Assembly: GCA_900543515.1 (NCBI GenBank)
Contig: UQRW01000001.1
Span: forward strand, 47,134 to 111,133
Source of the DNA: an uncultured Collinsella sp.
GTDB taxonomy: Bacteria > Actinomycetota > Coriobacteriia > Coriobacteriales > Coriobacteriaceae
DNA length: 64,000 nt
Reading direction: 5' to 3'
In this document: piece by piece, positions 28,325-38,353 of the stretch
Layout of the letters: every line of letters starts with the position of its first letter
How positions within the stretch are numbered: the stretch's first letter is position 1
The notes under the pieces: model-generated
The model's database searches: none
Seen by the model: only the letters and a program-made list of their open reading frames with translations
Told to the model about the DNA's origin: nothing
Program-made: the position numbers and the translations under genes

Positions 28325-30583
28325 TTACTTGCGCTTGCCGCCGCCGTCACCGGGGCGACGGGAGCTGCCGCCGCGCTTGCCGCCACGACTATTGCCATAG
28401 CTACCACGATTATCGCGACCACCGGCACGGCCGCCGCGGGAGCCGGCCTGGTTGCCGCCACGCCCGCCACGATAGCCGCCACGACGCTCCTCGCGGGTAT
28501 CGTCGTAGTTGCGCCAGTCATCGCGACGATCGCGGCTGGCACGCGGATCGCGGCGATCGCGCGACTCGTTAGAGCGGCCAGCACCGCTGCGGCTGCCATT
28601 GCCACGAGTGCCCTCGCGATGCTCGCCGCCACGGCCACCGCGCTCATCAAAGCGCTTGCCGCCACGGGACTCGCCGCCGCGAGTACCACGCTCGCCACGC
28701 GAACCGCGGCCCTCGCCGCCACGGCGCTCATCACGGCCGCCGCGCTCGCCATCGCGACCGGAACGCCGGCGGTCGCCCGCACCGCGCTTGCCACCGCGCG
28801 AACCGCGGCCCTCGTCCTCGCGCTCGACACGACGACGACCGCCGCGGTCCTCGTCCTCACGACGACGGCGGTGTGCCTCGCCCTGGAACTGCTTGGCACG
28901 ACGCTCGGCACGGTTGCCGCGCGCAGGCTGCTCAGCGGCACCAGCACCGCCGCGCTCCTCGGCAGCTACCTCGCGAGCCACGCTCTCAACAGCCTCGTCC
29001 ACGCGAGCCTGAACGCCCTCGCGCACGCGGGTCTTGCCGCCGCGCTTGGGACGGCTCGGACGCTCGCCGTCGCCGCGGCGCTCGTCGCGACCGCGGTTGG
29101 AACGACCGGCAACATCGCCGTAATCGTCGCCGTTGCGCTTGCCGTCGCGACGCGCCTGCTCAAGCTTCTTCTTGCTCTTGGACTTGCCGCGCTTAGTCTT
29201 CTTCTTCACCTTAAAGGCCGCAGGGTCGCGCTCGGGATCAACCGCAGGCGGGTTGGGACCCACATGCAGGTCGCCGGCTTCGTAAATATCGGCCGTCTTG
29301 TCCATGAGCTTCTCGATCTCGTAGAACTCATCGACGTCCTGCTCGGTCACAAACGTAATGGCCCAGCCCAGCTCGCCGGCGCGGCCCGTACGGCCAATGC
29401 GGTGGATATAGTCGGTCGGCTCGGCCGGCACGTCAAAGTTCACGACGTAGCGCACGTCGCTAATGTCGATGCCGCGGGCGAGAACATCGGTTGCCACCAG
29501 CACGTCGACGGTGCCGTCGCGGAAGGCCGAAAGGGCACGCTCGCGCTGGGCCTGGCTGCGGTTGCCGTGAATCGCGGCGGCCTTGATGCCCTTACGCTCC
29601 AGACGACGGCAGCAGCTGTCGGCGCGGTGCTTGGTGCGCATGAAGACGATAGTGCGCTCCGGGCCCTCCTTCTTGAGGAACTCGGGCAGCAGGTTGTTCT
29701 TGGCCTCGATGGACACCGGGAATACAAACTGGTCGACGGTGTCGGCGGTCGACGTAGCGGGCGCGATCTCCACGCGGGCCGGGTCGCTCACTAGATCGGT
29801 GATCTCGCCCACGGCCTCCTCGTCGAGGGTCGCCGAGAACAGCAGCGTCTGGCGCTCGGCCGGCGTCTCGCGCACAATGCGGCGGACGGCGGGCAAAAAG
29901 CCCATATCGAGCATGCGGTCGGCCTCGTCGAGTACCAGCACTTTGACCTCGCCCAGGTGGCAGGCACCCTGCTCGATCAGATCGACCAGACGGCCCGGCG
30001 TTGCGACCAGGATGTCGCAGCCGTACTTAAGTGCCGCGGTCTGCGGCTTGTAGCTCACGCCGCCCACGACGGTCACGGCAACATGGCCGGTGACGTCGGC
30101 GATTTTGCTTGCGACCTCGTCGATCTGCTGGGCAAGCTCGCGCGTGGGGGTGATGACGAGCATCACGGGGCCACGGCCGTTGCCCTCGGGCTTTTTAACA
30201 CCGCGACGGCGGTTGCGGCCGCCGCGCTCGCGCACGGGTTTGGGAGGAGCGATGTGCTCCAGATTGTTCATGGTCGGCAGCAAAAAGGCAGCCGTCTTGC
30301 CGGTGCCGGTCTGAGCGGCGGCAAGCAGGTCACGGCCCTCGAGCACCACAGGGATGGAGCCGGCCTGAACAGGCGTTGGCGCCGTGTAGCCCAGGTTCTC
30401 GATAGCACGAAGCATCTCGTCGGAAAGCCCCAGCTCGTCAAAGGCGGGCAGGCTCTCGGTAGCGGACTCGACGGCCTGGGCAGCATTTGCCTCGTCGGCG
30501 GCATCGAAGGCAGCCTGGGTCATGGCCTCGCGGGTCTCGTCCAGAATCTCGGCGTCCGTGACGTCGGATACAGAATTACGCAT
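28325..30583 (-). CDS. DEAD-box ATP-dependent RNA helicase with ~300-aa Arg/Gly/Asp/Glu-rich disordered C-terminal tail
   Basis: Q-motif, AQTGTGKT, DEAD, SAT and HRIGRTGRAG present. The likely start is ATG 30583 (RBS AAGGAA); the ORF track starts at GTG 30634. The tail consists of RGG/RGGE/RDE repeats. Confidence 0.85.
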   Translation of the reverse strand: MRNSVSDVTDAEILDETREAMTQAAFDAADEANAAQAVESATESLPAFDELGLSDEMLRAIENLGYTAPTPVQAGSIPVVLEGRDLLAAAQTGTGKTAAFLLPTMNNLEHIAPPKPVRERGGRNRRRGVKKPEGNGRGPVMLVITPTRELAQQIDEVASKIADVTGHVAVTVVGGVSYKPQTAALKYGCDILVATPGRLVDLIEQGACHLGEVKVLVLDEADRMLDMGFLPAVRRIVRETPAERQTLLFSATLDEEAVGEITDLVSDPARVEIAPATSTADTVDQFVFPVSIEAKNNLLPEFLKKEGPERTIVFMRTKHRADSCCRRLERKGIKAAAIHGNRSQAQRERALSAFRDGTVDVLVATDVLARGIDISDVRYVVNFDVPAEPTDYIHRIGRTGRAGELGWAITFVTEQDVDEFYEIEKLMDKTADIYEAGDLHVGPNPPAVDPERDPAAFKVKKKTKRGKSKSKKKLEQARRDGKRNGDDYGDVAGRSNRGRDERRGDGERPSRPKRGGKTRVREGVQARVDEAVESVAREVAAEERGGAGAAEQPARGNRAERRAKQFQGEAHRRRREDEDRGGRRRVEREDEGRGSRGGKRGAGDRRRSGRDGERGGRDERRGGEGRGSRGERGTRGGESRGGKRFDERGGRGGEHREGTRGNGSRSGAGRSNESRDRRDPRASRDRRDDWRNYDDTREERRGGYRGGRGGNQAGSRGGRAGGRDNRGSYGNSRGGKRGGSSRRPGDGGGKRK

Positions 30584-30854
30584 ATGTCGTTGTTCCTTAT
30601 CTGCACGCGTTATGGGCACGGCATGCGGCCGCACGGGCGTGCTTGGTAGTGCGCTAATACATACAAAAACGGGTGCGCACAGAGAGGACGTTGCTCAGCA
30701 CGCTGGCGATCGCTTTGGCAGCTCTATCACGCGCCGTCCAGACGCAGCAGCTCTAAGCGATGGAGCAGATTCGCCGCCGGTTAGTATACCCGTGCTTCGC
30801 ATGCCCCCACGTAAACCACAGATGACGAGGTGGACGAGGTGGGCCCGGCTGATT

Positions 30855-30912
30855 GTCTCAATCTGTAACAGCTGCGGGACAAAACCGGGTCCTAATTGTT
30901 ATAGATCAAGAC
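30855..30912. repeat. Palindromic repeat unit H (GTCTCAATCTGTAACAG ... TGTTATAGATCAAGAC)
   Basis: Member of the eight-unit family; lies in the 508-nt region between the DEAD-box helicase and FHA genes. Confidence 0.75.
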
Positions 30913-31091
30913 AGAGGGGGATTTCCGTCCAGTCCAAACCAAATCTCTCAGTCTTCCTGCAATTTCGAACATGTGGCCTATAATGTTGCTTTGGTTACGC
31001 TATATATTGCGCAGCCATTTAATACGTCGCCCACCGGGGGCCATTAATTCCTATCGCCATATTGGCTAGGAAGCAATCAAAGGAGGTATCC

Positions 31092-32054
31092 GTGGCAGCA
31101 GAGACGCCTTGCTCGGTCCTCTATAACGATATTCGCTCGTTCGGCGGTCTTAAACATCTCGAGATCGCCCGAATGCTCATCAATGGAAACTCTTATCTCG
31201 GCAGTACCCTGCTCGAGAAATGCTCTTCCAACCGCTCGTATCTCACCCGTTACATCGTCCATCGCAAGCCTGACCAGTGCGCGCCCTCCATCTACAGCGA
31301 CTTTACCGTCACCACGCTCAACCTTTCCTCGGCAATCTGCAGCAAGCTCGGCGGCGGCGAGTCCGCCTATCGGGCAATCGCTGAGCACTATCGCGGTCCG
31401 GCCGCCAACGAAATGATGTCGGCTCTCGCCAGCTACAAGCTGGACAGCCGCCTATATGCAAATGCCCTCAATCGCATCGACAACTTTGACGGCAATGCCG
31501 TGCGTGAGAAAAGCACGCTTTACCTTATGCTCTTTGTGGCAACGGGGGCGCTCGCCGATCCCGTTCAGGGCGTGGCCACCGTCGAGCGCTTTTGCGACAG
31601 CAAGACGGGCGGGCATTTTGGCACCACCGAGACCACCGTCGGTCGTAGTTTTTTGAGCAGCTTGGATCAACCGCGCGCCGTCGCTCCCAACCTCGGCTTG
31701 CTTAGGACGCACGCCGGAAACAGCGTTGACATGCAAATCCATCCCCTCACACGCGATCCGCGCGGCACCGTGATTGGTTCTTTGCCCAAAACCTCGCCCA
31801 GCATCACCGATGTGGGCGCCGACGCATCGCGCGAGCATCTTCGCATTTGGCTTGAGGGTGAGCACTGGTACGCCCAGGGCCTTGGATCGACCAACGGCAC
31901 GGTACTCGAATCGGGTGCAGGCGACGGCGATATTGTGATTGAGCCGCCGCGCGACCAACGCGAGCCTGGCAAGATCTATCCCCCGGTGGAAATAGCCAAC
32001 AGCGACAGGATCCATCTGGGTCTCTACACGACATTTCTCGTCATTGTGGACTAG
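31092..32054 (+). CDS. FHA-domain protein with unknown N-terminal domain
   Basis: GTG at 31092 preceded by AAGGAGG. The C-terminal FHA core is REHLRIWLEGEHWYAQGLGSTNGTVLESG...IHLG. Confidence 0.65.
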   Translation: MAAETPCSVLYNDIRSFGGLKHLEIARMLINGNSYLGSTLLEKCSSNRSYLTRYIVHRKPDQCAPSIYSDFTVTTLNLSSAICSKLGGGESAYRAIAEHYRGPAANEMMSALASYKLDSRLYANALNRIDNFDGNAVREKSTLYLMLFVATGALADPVQGVATVERFCDSKTGGHFGTTETTVGRSFLSSLDQPRAVAPNLGLLRTHAGNSVDMQIHPLTRDPRGTVIGSLPKTSPSITDVGADASREHLRIWLEGEHWYAQGLGSTNGTVLESGAGDGDIVIEPPRDQREPGKIYPPVEIANSDRIHLGLYTTFLVIVD

Positions 32055-32224
32055 CGCGGACGGCGATCGAAAGACGGCCGCGTCCGTCTTTCGTCTTCTA
32101 CCTTCTGCGTCGTAAACGACAATACTCAGCAGTATACGTGGGCAGTGCGGCTATCATGGTACTTTACCGATATCCGCACTGCTCACGTATACGCGCGGCA
32201 ACCCATGCCAGACAAAGGAACGCC

Positions 32225-34309
32225 ATGGATACTACCGATAGCGCCTATGGCGACAAACTCATCCGTCTTGACACGTTCGATACCGCCGTGGCGGTCGACC
32301 CCAGCGCCGAGGACGACGCCAAGCGTCGGTTTATGACGCTTATTCTCCAAACGGCCCACCGCAACAACGGCAACATCGGGCACGTGCTGCGCGCGACCAA
32401 CACGAGCGGCGAGGTCTTTGCCGTCAAGCTACTCAAGGACAACGCCATCCTTTCCGGCCAAGCCCCCGACCGCTCCGCCGAGCAATCGGCAGCGCACCTG
32501 GCCAACACCGCCGCGTTGTTCGAGGAGTACCGTCATCTGTGTACCGTCTCGCACCTGCGCGGATTTCCGCGCGTCTACGGCTACGGATCGTGCGAGGATG
32601 ACCCGCTCATCCTCATGGAGTGGGTCGAGGGCACCTCACTCAAGCAGGCGCTGCCCCTGCTTCCTCACGACGCCTCGGGCGGGCTGACCACCCAGATGGT
32701 CGCCGCCGTCGGAAACGCCGTGCTTCGTGCGCTCTTGATGACCCAAGGCCTTGTGAATCCGGTCGTCCATCGCGACCTTTCGCCTGCCAATATCATGTTC
32801 CGCACCACCAGCCGAACGCTCGAGCAGCAGATTGCTGATTGTTCCTTTGACCCCTGCCTCATCGACATGGGCTCCGCGACCATGGCTCTCGGCGACGACA
32901 CGATCACCCGGCGCGCCGACATCTGGCGCTTTGCCACGCCCGCATACGCCGCGCCCGAGATGCTCACGCAGGATATCGAAGGCATCGCGGCCCTTCGCCG
33001 TTCGCCGGCAATCGACGTCTATGCGCTTTCGAGCATTTTGTACCAGCTCTACAGCGGTCGCAAACCGTTTGACTTTGAGTCGACGGACGCCGCTGCAACC
33101 GGCTCGTTCTATCTCGTAAAGACCAAGACCAAGCCGGCACCGCTCGAGCCGCGCTGCGAGGGCGATGAAGCGCTCGTCCAAATCATCATGAAGGGTCTCT
33201 CAGTCGAGCAGTGCGATCGTCCCACCGAGCAGCAGATGCTCGAGGTGCTCTCGGCATACCTCACCGATGCCGAATCCGAGGGCCGCGAAAGCACAGGAGA
33301 CGAGGCCGCAATTGATATCGATTCTGGCACGCACCTTAAGGTCGACGTCGCCGGCGAGCGCGCACGAGAGATCCTGAATCAGGCCCGGCACGATGCCATG
33401 ACCCGCCGCCGCTTTATTATCGGCGGCGCTATCGCAGCCGTTGCGGGGCTCAGCGTCATTGGGGCGGCGACCCATGGCTTTGGCATCCCCGACTACCTGG
33501 ACGGCATCCGCGGTTCGCTTGACGACTACACTTGGGATCAGCTGCAGGAGATCTCGCTCAAGATTAAGGCCGCCGAGACCCGTAGCGAGGCACGCGAGAT
33601 TGCCAAGCGCTATCATCTGCTCGATGCCGATGGGCATATCCCCTATCCGTGTACCAAGCGTGTCACGCTCACCAACGGGCTGCAGGTTGGCGCGCAGCTT
33701 GTGGGCATCCGCCACGATGAGCTTCTGGACGGGACGGGCAAGGCCGGACTGACGTTTATGTTCGATGCGGGTATTGCCGAGCGCAACGCTGCGGCTGAAC
33801 CGCCGAGCGCCGGCTGGGCAGATTGCGAGCTGCGGGAATGGCTCAACGGCGACGGCCTTAAGCTGCTGCCCAACGAGTTGCGCGCACTCATTAAAGGGGT
33901 CAAGAAGGTCTCGAACAATGTGGGCGCCGCCAACAGCGCATCGTGTCTGAGCGAGTTGCCCGCAACCCTTTGGCTGCCCGCCATGGTCGAGCTGTGCGGT
34001 ACGCAACCGCCCGATTCGTTTACCGAGGGCTATCACTACCTGGCAGACATCTACAACGGCGAGGGCAAGGAGTATAAGCTCTTCCGCGAGCTCAAGGTGA
34101 GCCCGTATTCCACGAACGAGACGATGGTCCGCCAGTGGAAGGGCAAGGACACCTGTTGGTGGGAGCGCACGGTGAGCCCCGACACATCGGAGAGCGAAGG
34201 CACGCTCTATATGAACCGCGTGGGGCACGACGGCGACGTCTTTACGTACGCAACGCCTGCGGAAAAGCCAAACAAGCTAACCTGTGTGATCCCCGGGTTC
34301 TGTATCTAG
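32225..34309 (+). CDS. Transmembrane Ser/Thr protein kinase with ~290-aa extracytoplasmic C-terminal domain of unknown family
   Basis: ATG 32225 (RBS AAAGGAA). Kinase motifs VAVK-like (EVFAVKLLK), HRDLSPANIM, DMG and APE. Single TM segment RRRFIIGGAIAAVAGLSVIG. Cys-containing C-terminal domain. Confidence 0.7.
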   Translation: MDTTDSAYGDKLIRLDTFDTAVAVDPSAEDDAKRRFMTLILQTAHRNNGNIGHVLRATNTSGEVFAVKLLKDNAILSGQAPDRSAEQSAAHLANTAALFEEYRHLCTVSHLRGFPRVYGYGSCEDDPLILMEWVEGTSLKQALPLLPHDASGGLTTQMVAAVGNAVLRALLMTQGLVNPVVHRDLSPANIMFRTTSRTLEQQIADCSFDPCLIDMGSATMALGDDTITRRADIWRFATPAYAAPEMLTQDIEGIAALRRSPAIDVYALSSILYQLYSGRKPFDFESTDAAATGSFYLVKTKTKPAPLEPRCEGDEALVQIIMKGLSVEQCDRPTEQQMLEVLSAYLTDAESEGRESTGDEAAIDIDSGTHLKVDVAGERAREILNQARHDAMTRRRFIIGGAIAAVAGLSVIGAATHGFGIPDYLDGIRGSLDDYTWDQLQEISLKIKAAETRSEAREIAKRYHLLDADGHIPYPCTKRVTLTNGLQVGAQLVGIRHDELLDGTGKAGLTFMFDAGIAERNAAAEPPSAGWADCELREWLNGDGLKLLPNELRALIKGVKKVSNNVGAANSASCLSELPATLWLPAMVELCGTQPPDSFTEGYHYLADIYNGEGKEYKLFRELKVSPYSTNETMVRQWKGKDTCWWERTVSPDTSESEGTLYMNRVGHDGDVFTYATPAEKPNKLTCVIPGFCI

Positions 34310-34351
34310 GCGGCGGGCGTCTTGCCGTGACGGGACCCCTCCCCGTCAATT

Positions 34352-34408
34352 GTCTTGATCTGTAACACTAGCTCGGCAGATACAGGTCTAGATGTTACAG
34401 AACGAGAC
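34352..34408. repeat. Palindromic repeat unit A (GTCTTGATCTGTAACA ... TGTTACAGAACGAGAC)
   Basis: 16-bp inverted arms with a ~25-nt variable centre. Confidence 0.8.
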
Positions 34409-34431
34409 GTTAAGTTGTGACTCGATGTAAT

Positions 34432-34488
34432 GTCTAGATCTGTAACAGTTACTCGACAAAAACGGGTCTAGTTGTTACAGATTGAGAT
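34432..34488. repeat. Palindromic repeat unit B (GTCTAGATCTGTAACAG ... TGTTACAGATTGAGAT), plus a partial arm at ~34527-34545
   Basis: Same family, in tandem with unit A between the kinase gene and the copA promoter. Confidence 0.8.
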
Positions 34489-34563
34489 GATTGGTTGGGA
34501 CGGTCCATCGGCCAACCATCCATCCTCATCTGTAACGAAATCTCATATATTATTTCTGTACTG

Positions 34564-34582
34564 AACACCCCCAGGGGGTATG
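34564..34582 (+). promoter_or_regulatory. Candidate CsoR operator upstream of copA
   Basis: AACACCCCCAGGGGGTAT is a GC-rich pseudo-palindrome of the CsoR-box type (ATACCC..GGGGTAT). It is followed by a TATAGT -10-like hexamer ~45 nt upstream of the copA ATG. Confidence 0.5.
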
Positions 34583-34639
34583 GGTGTATAGTATCGGCGG
34601 GTTAACAATTCCAACACCGAACTACAGAAAGGAGAAGCC

Positions 34640-36979
34640 ATGGCTCAAGATAAATTCGATGTGGAAGGCATGACGTGCGCCGCCTGTCAGGCGCACGTGG
34701 ACCGTGCCGTGAGCAAGCTCGACGGCGTCGAGAGCGTCGCGGTCAATCTGCTCGCCGGTTCCATGCTGGTGAACTATGACCCCGCGCAGGTCACCCCCGA
34801 CGACATCTGCACCGCCGTCGATCGCGCTGGCTACTCGGCCTCGCCCGTCAGCACGGGCACCGACGCTGTCCAAAGCGGAAGTGCGCAAGCCAGGTCCGGC
34901 GCCGCCCATATGGAGTCGCCCACCAAAAAGTTGGAGGCCGCCGCCTCTGCCATGCGCACCCGCCTCATCGTCTCGATCGTCTTCCTCATCCCACTGTTCT
35001 ACATAGGCATGGGGCACATGCTCGGCTGGCCGCTGCCCGGCATCTTCACCGACCACACCCACAGCATGACGCTCGCTCTCACCGAGCTCGCCCTGCTCAT
35101 CCCCATCGTCTACATCAACGACGCGTACTTTATCAACGGGTTTAAATCGCTCGCGCACGGCGCACCCACCATGGACGCCCTTATTGCCGTGGGCGCCACC
35201 GCCTCCATCGCCTGGTCGCTCTACGCCATGTTCATCATGGCCGACCAACTAGCCGCGGGTCAGGTCCACGAGGCCATGATGACGAGCATGGACAATCTGT
35301 ATTTTGAAAGCGCCGGCACGATTTTGTCGCTCGTCACCGTGGGCAAATACCTCGAGACGCGCAGCAAGTCCAAAACCGGCGGCGCCATCGAGGCGCTCAT
35401 TGACCTGGCGCCAAAGACCGCGACCGTCGTGGCCGAGGACGGTACCGAGGCCACCGTCGACGTCGATGCTATTCTGCCCGGCCAGGTGCTGCGTGTGCGC
35501 CCCGGCGAGTCCATCCCCGTCGATGGCGTGGTGCTCAAGGGCAGCTCGGCCGTGGACGAGAGCGCGCTCACCGGCGAGTCCATCCCCGTGGAAAAGACCG
35601 CCGGCGACACCGTCAACGCCGCCACGGTCAACCGCACCGGCTCGTTTACCTTCCGTGCCACACGCGTGGGCGCCGACACGTCGCTCGCCAAGATTATCCA
35701 GCTCGTCGAGGACGCCAATGCCACCAAGGCGCCCATCGCCCGCCTGGCCGACAAGGTCGCCGGCATCTTCGTGCCCGTGGTGTTTGCGATCTCGGCCGTG
35801 ACCTTTGTGGCGTGGATGGCGCTGACCGGCAGCGTGAACGAGGCGCTCACCTCCGCCGTAGCCGTGTTGGTGATCAGCTGCCCGTGCGCACTCGGCCTGG
35901 CCACGCCCGTCGCCATCATGGTGGGCACCGGCAAGGGCGCCGAAATGGGCATCCTGTTTAAGAGCGCCGAGGCGCTGGAGAATCTGCGCAACGTGGGCAC
36001 CGTGGTGCTCGATAAGACCGGCACCGTCACCCGCGGCAAACCCGCCGTGACCGATATTGTGGTTGCTGCGCGCGCCGACGGCTCGCCCGCTATGAGCGAA
36101 AAGGCGCTGCTCAAGTTGGCCGCCGCGTTGGAGCGCTCGAGCGAGCACCCGCTGGCCGAGGCGATTATGGCCGAGTGCGAGACACGCGGGATCGTCGCGC
36201 GCATGGTCGAGGACTTTGCTGCCGTGCCCGGGCGAGGCGTTACGGCGCGCGAGGGGCAAAACGCCATTGCAGCCGGCAACGTACGCCTGATGGACGAACT
36301 GGGCGTTACCGTGCCCGCGGGTCTTGCCGAACAATTTGCCGCCGAGGGCAAGACGCCGCTGTTCTTTGCCAAGAACGGCGAGCTTGCCGGCACCATTGCC
36401 GTGGCTGACGAGGTCAAGGAGACGAGCGCCGGGGCCATCGCCGCACTGCGCTCGCTTGGCGTCGACGTGCGCATGCTCACCGGCGACAACCGCGTGACGG
36501 CCGAGGCCATCGCCCGCCGCGTGGGACTGACCAGCAAGCAGGTCATCGCCGACGTGCTTCCCGCCGACAAGGAGCGCCACGTGCGCGAGCTGCAGGATGC
36601 GGGCAGTAAGGTCGCCATGGTGGGCGACGGCATCAACGACTCCCCCGCCCTGGCGCGCGCCGACGTGGGCCTTGCCATCGGCACCGGCGCCGACATCGCC
36701 AAAGAAGGGGCAGATGTGGTTCTCATACGCAGCGACCTCATGGACGTCGCCCGCGCCATCGAGCTTTCGCGCGCCACGATTCGCAACATCAAGCAGGACT
36801 TGTTCTGGGCGCTGTTCTACAACGGCATCGGCATTCCGCTCGCCGCGGGCGTGTTCTTCCCCCTCACCGGTTGGCAACTCTCACCGATGTTCGGCGCCGC
36901 GGCCATGAGCCTGTCGAGCGTATGCGTCGTGTCCAATGCGCTGCGCTTAAAATCCTTTATGCCTAAAGTGGCAAAATAG
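34640..36979 (+). CDS. copA: Copper-translocating P1B-type ATPase
   Basis: N-terminal HMA domain [16 protein letters not shown] motif ([11 protein letters not shown]), [16 protein letters not shown]-terminal MSLSS. RBS AGGAG. Confidence 0.9.
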   Translation: MAQDKFDVEGMTCAACQAHVDRAVSKLDGVESVAVNLLAGSMLVNYDPAQVTPDDICTAVDRAGYSASPVSTGTDAVQSGSAQARSGAAHMESPTKKLEAAASAMRTRLIVSIVFLIPLFYIGMGHMLGWPLPGIFTDHTHSMTLALTELALLIPIVYINDAYFINGFKSLAHGAPTMDALIAVGATASIAWSLYAMFIMADQLAAGQVHEAMMTSMDNLYFESAGTILSLVTVGKYLETRSKSKTGGAIEALIDLAPKTATVVAEDGTEATVDVDAILPGQVLRVRPGESIPVDGVVLKGSSAVDESALTGESIPVEKTAGDTVNAATVNRTGSFTFRATRVGADTSLAKIIQLVEDANATKAPIARLADKVAGIFVPVVFAISAVTFVAWMALTGSVNEALTSAVAVLVISCPCALGLATPVAIMVGTGKGAEMGILFKSAEALENLRNVGTVVLDKTGTVTRGKPAVTDIVVAARADGSPAMSEKALLKLAAALERSSEHPLAEAIMAECETRGIVARMVEDFAAVPGRGVTAREGQNAIAAGNVRLMDELGVTVPAGLAEQFAAEGKTPLFFAKNGELAGTIAVADEVKETSAGAIAALRSLGVDVRMLTGDNRVTAEAIARRVGLTSKQVIADVLPADKERHVRELQDAGSKVAMVGDGINDSPALARADVGLAIGTGADIAKEGADVVLIRSDLMDVARAIELSRATIRNIKQDLFWALFYNGIGIPLAAGVFFPLTGWQLSPMFGAAAMSLSSVCVVSNALRLKSFMPKVAK

Positions 36980-37126
36980 GATCACTATTACGTTCATTTA
37001 GAACGGGTTTTCCAGGTGCCCGAGATTGGCCTGAAAGAGGAGCGACGCGTACTTTGGTACGCGAGCGACGGCTTGAAGGTCAAGGTCGGGCACCTGGGAA
37101 AGCCGACACAACAGAGAGGAATACCC

Positions 37127-37348
37127 ATGCGTTACACGATCAAGACTTCCGGTCTCATGTGCGGTCACTGCGACGCTACTGTCGAGACGGCACTGCTCAA
37201 CGTTGCCGGCGTGACCGACGCCGACGCCGATCACGAGACCCAGACCGTCCAGGTGGAGTGCGCCGACACCGTGACCGCTGAGCAGCTCGCTGCCGCCGTC
37301 GAGGGCGCCGGCGAGAAGTTCCACGCCCTGTCCGTAACCGCCGCGTAA
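37127..37348 (+). CDS. copZ: Copper chaperone CopZ (HMA domain)
   Basis: 73 aa from ATG 37127: MRYTIKTSGLMCGHCDATVETAL... (MxCxxC). Confidence 0.8.
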   Translation: MRYTIKTSGLMCGHCDATVETALLNVAGVTDADADHETQTVQVECADTVTAEQLAAAVEGAGEKFHALSVTAA

Positions 37349-37386
37349 CGACCCACGCGCACCCCGACCAGAAACGAGGACCCGCC

Positions 37387-37659
37387 ATGATGGCAGACCA
37401 CAAATCGGTGACCCGCATGCTCAAGACGGCACGCGGCCAGATCGACGGCATCTTGCGGATGGTCGATGAGGACCGCTATTGCGTCGATATTTCCACACAG
37501 CTCATGGCCACACAGGCGCTCCTCGCGCGCATTAACGCCGACGTGCTCAAGGCGCATATCGAGGGCTGCGTGACTTCGGCAATCGAATCGGGCGACGAAG
37601 ACCTCAAAGCCGCCAAACTCGCCGAAATCGAACGCGTCGTCGACAAACTCTCCAAGTAA
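37387..37659 (+). CDS. csoR: CsoR/RcnR-family copper-sensing repressor
   Basis: 90 aa; RLKTARGQIDGILRMVDEDRYCVDISTQL...HIEGC carries the conserved Cys-His-Cys ligand set of CsoR. Confidence 0.85.
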   Translation: MMADHKSVTRMLKTARGQIDGILRMVDEDRYCVDISTQLMATQALLARINADVLKAHIEGCVTSAIESGDEDLKAAKLAEIERVVDKLSK

Positions 37660-37669
37660 TTGGGGCATT

Positions 37670-37716
37670 GGGGACAGGTACGTTTGCACCACATTGGTGC
37701 AGATTAACCTGTCCCC
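37670..37716 (+). terminator. Nested hairpin after csoR (outer GGGGACAGGT/ACCTGTCCCC; inner perfect palindrome TGCACCA-CAT-TGGTGCA)
   Basis: 10-bp outer stem and a 7-bp inner palindrome at 37685-37701. The downstream T-run is weak, so it may be an operator rather than a terminator. Confidence 0.45.
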
Positions 37717-37771
37717 CTTGCTCTAAATCGGGTATAAAGGCGTGCGGCATATCGAATGAAAGGCAATTTGC

Positions 37772-38245
37772 ATGAATGACTTTATGAAGGGCCGCAATGG
37801 CGCTGACGAACTCACCATCGTGATGGGTTTTGCCGGCATCGTCATCGCGATGATCGGATCGATAGCCCGCATCCAGTGGCTCAGCTGGATTGCCATCGCC
37901 GTAATCGTGATTGGCGTGCTGCGCGGCCTGTCCAAAAATATCGATGCACGTCGCAAGGAGAACGAGGCCTTTGTCGCCACGACCGCCAATGTTCCCGGCT
38001 TGGGCAAGTTCGTCGCCAGCTTGGGCGGCGGCGCTGCAGCGGCCAGCACCTCACGCGCGGCCGGCACCAGTAAGGAAGACTTTGAGCGTGCCAAGCGCAC
38101 GGCCAAGAAGATGTGGAAGGGTCGCAAGACCACGGCATACCTCAAGTGCCCCAACTGCGGCCAGATGCTCTCCGTCCCCAAGGGCAAGGGCAAGATCCGC
38201 GTCACCTGCCCAAAGTGCCACGCCAAGATGGAGACGCGCTCCTAG
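37772..38245 (+). CDS. Membrane protein with C-terminal zinc-ribbon (CPNCG...CPKCH)
   Basis: 157 aa with N-terminal TM helices, a Gly/Ala linker and two CxxC pairs. Confidence 0.5.
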   Translation: MNDFMKGRNGADELTIVMGFAGIVIAMIGSIARIQWLSWIAIAVIVIGVLRGLSKNIDARRKENEAFVATTANVPGLGKFVASLGGGAAAASTSRAAGTSKEDFERAKRTAKKMWKGRKTTAYLKCPNCGQMLSVPKGKGKIRVTCPKCHAKMETRS

Positions 38246-38266
38246 CCGCCATACCATGGGACAAAT

Positions 38267-38303
38267 AAAAGCCGAGGTCTCGCACTGGGACCTCGGCTTT
38301 TTC
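38267..38303. terminator. Bidirectional rho-independent terminator
   Basis: AAAA-GCCGAGGTC-tcgcactgg-GACCTCGGC-TTTTTCT between convergent genes. Confidence 0.65.
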
Positions 38304-38353
38304 TAATTTAAGACAAAAGGATTGCCCCCTTGTCGCATCGCCATATCGCGCGC

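Noticed and set aside
28306-29794. Ala/Thr-rich ORFs (213 aa minus, 492 aa plus) over the helicase tail
   Set aside because: Alternative frames of the GC-rich RGG-tail coding DNA; the DEAD-box frame is the supported one.
35249-36877. 542-aa and 510-aa minus-strand ORFs
   Set aside because: Antisense of copA.
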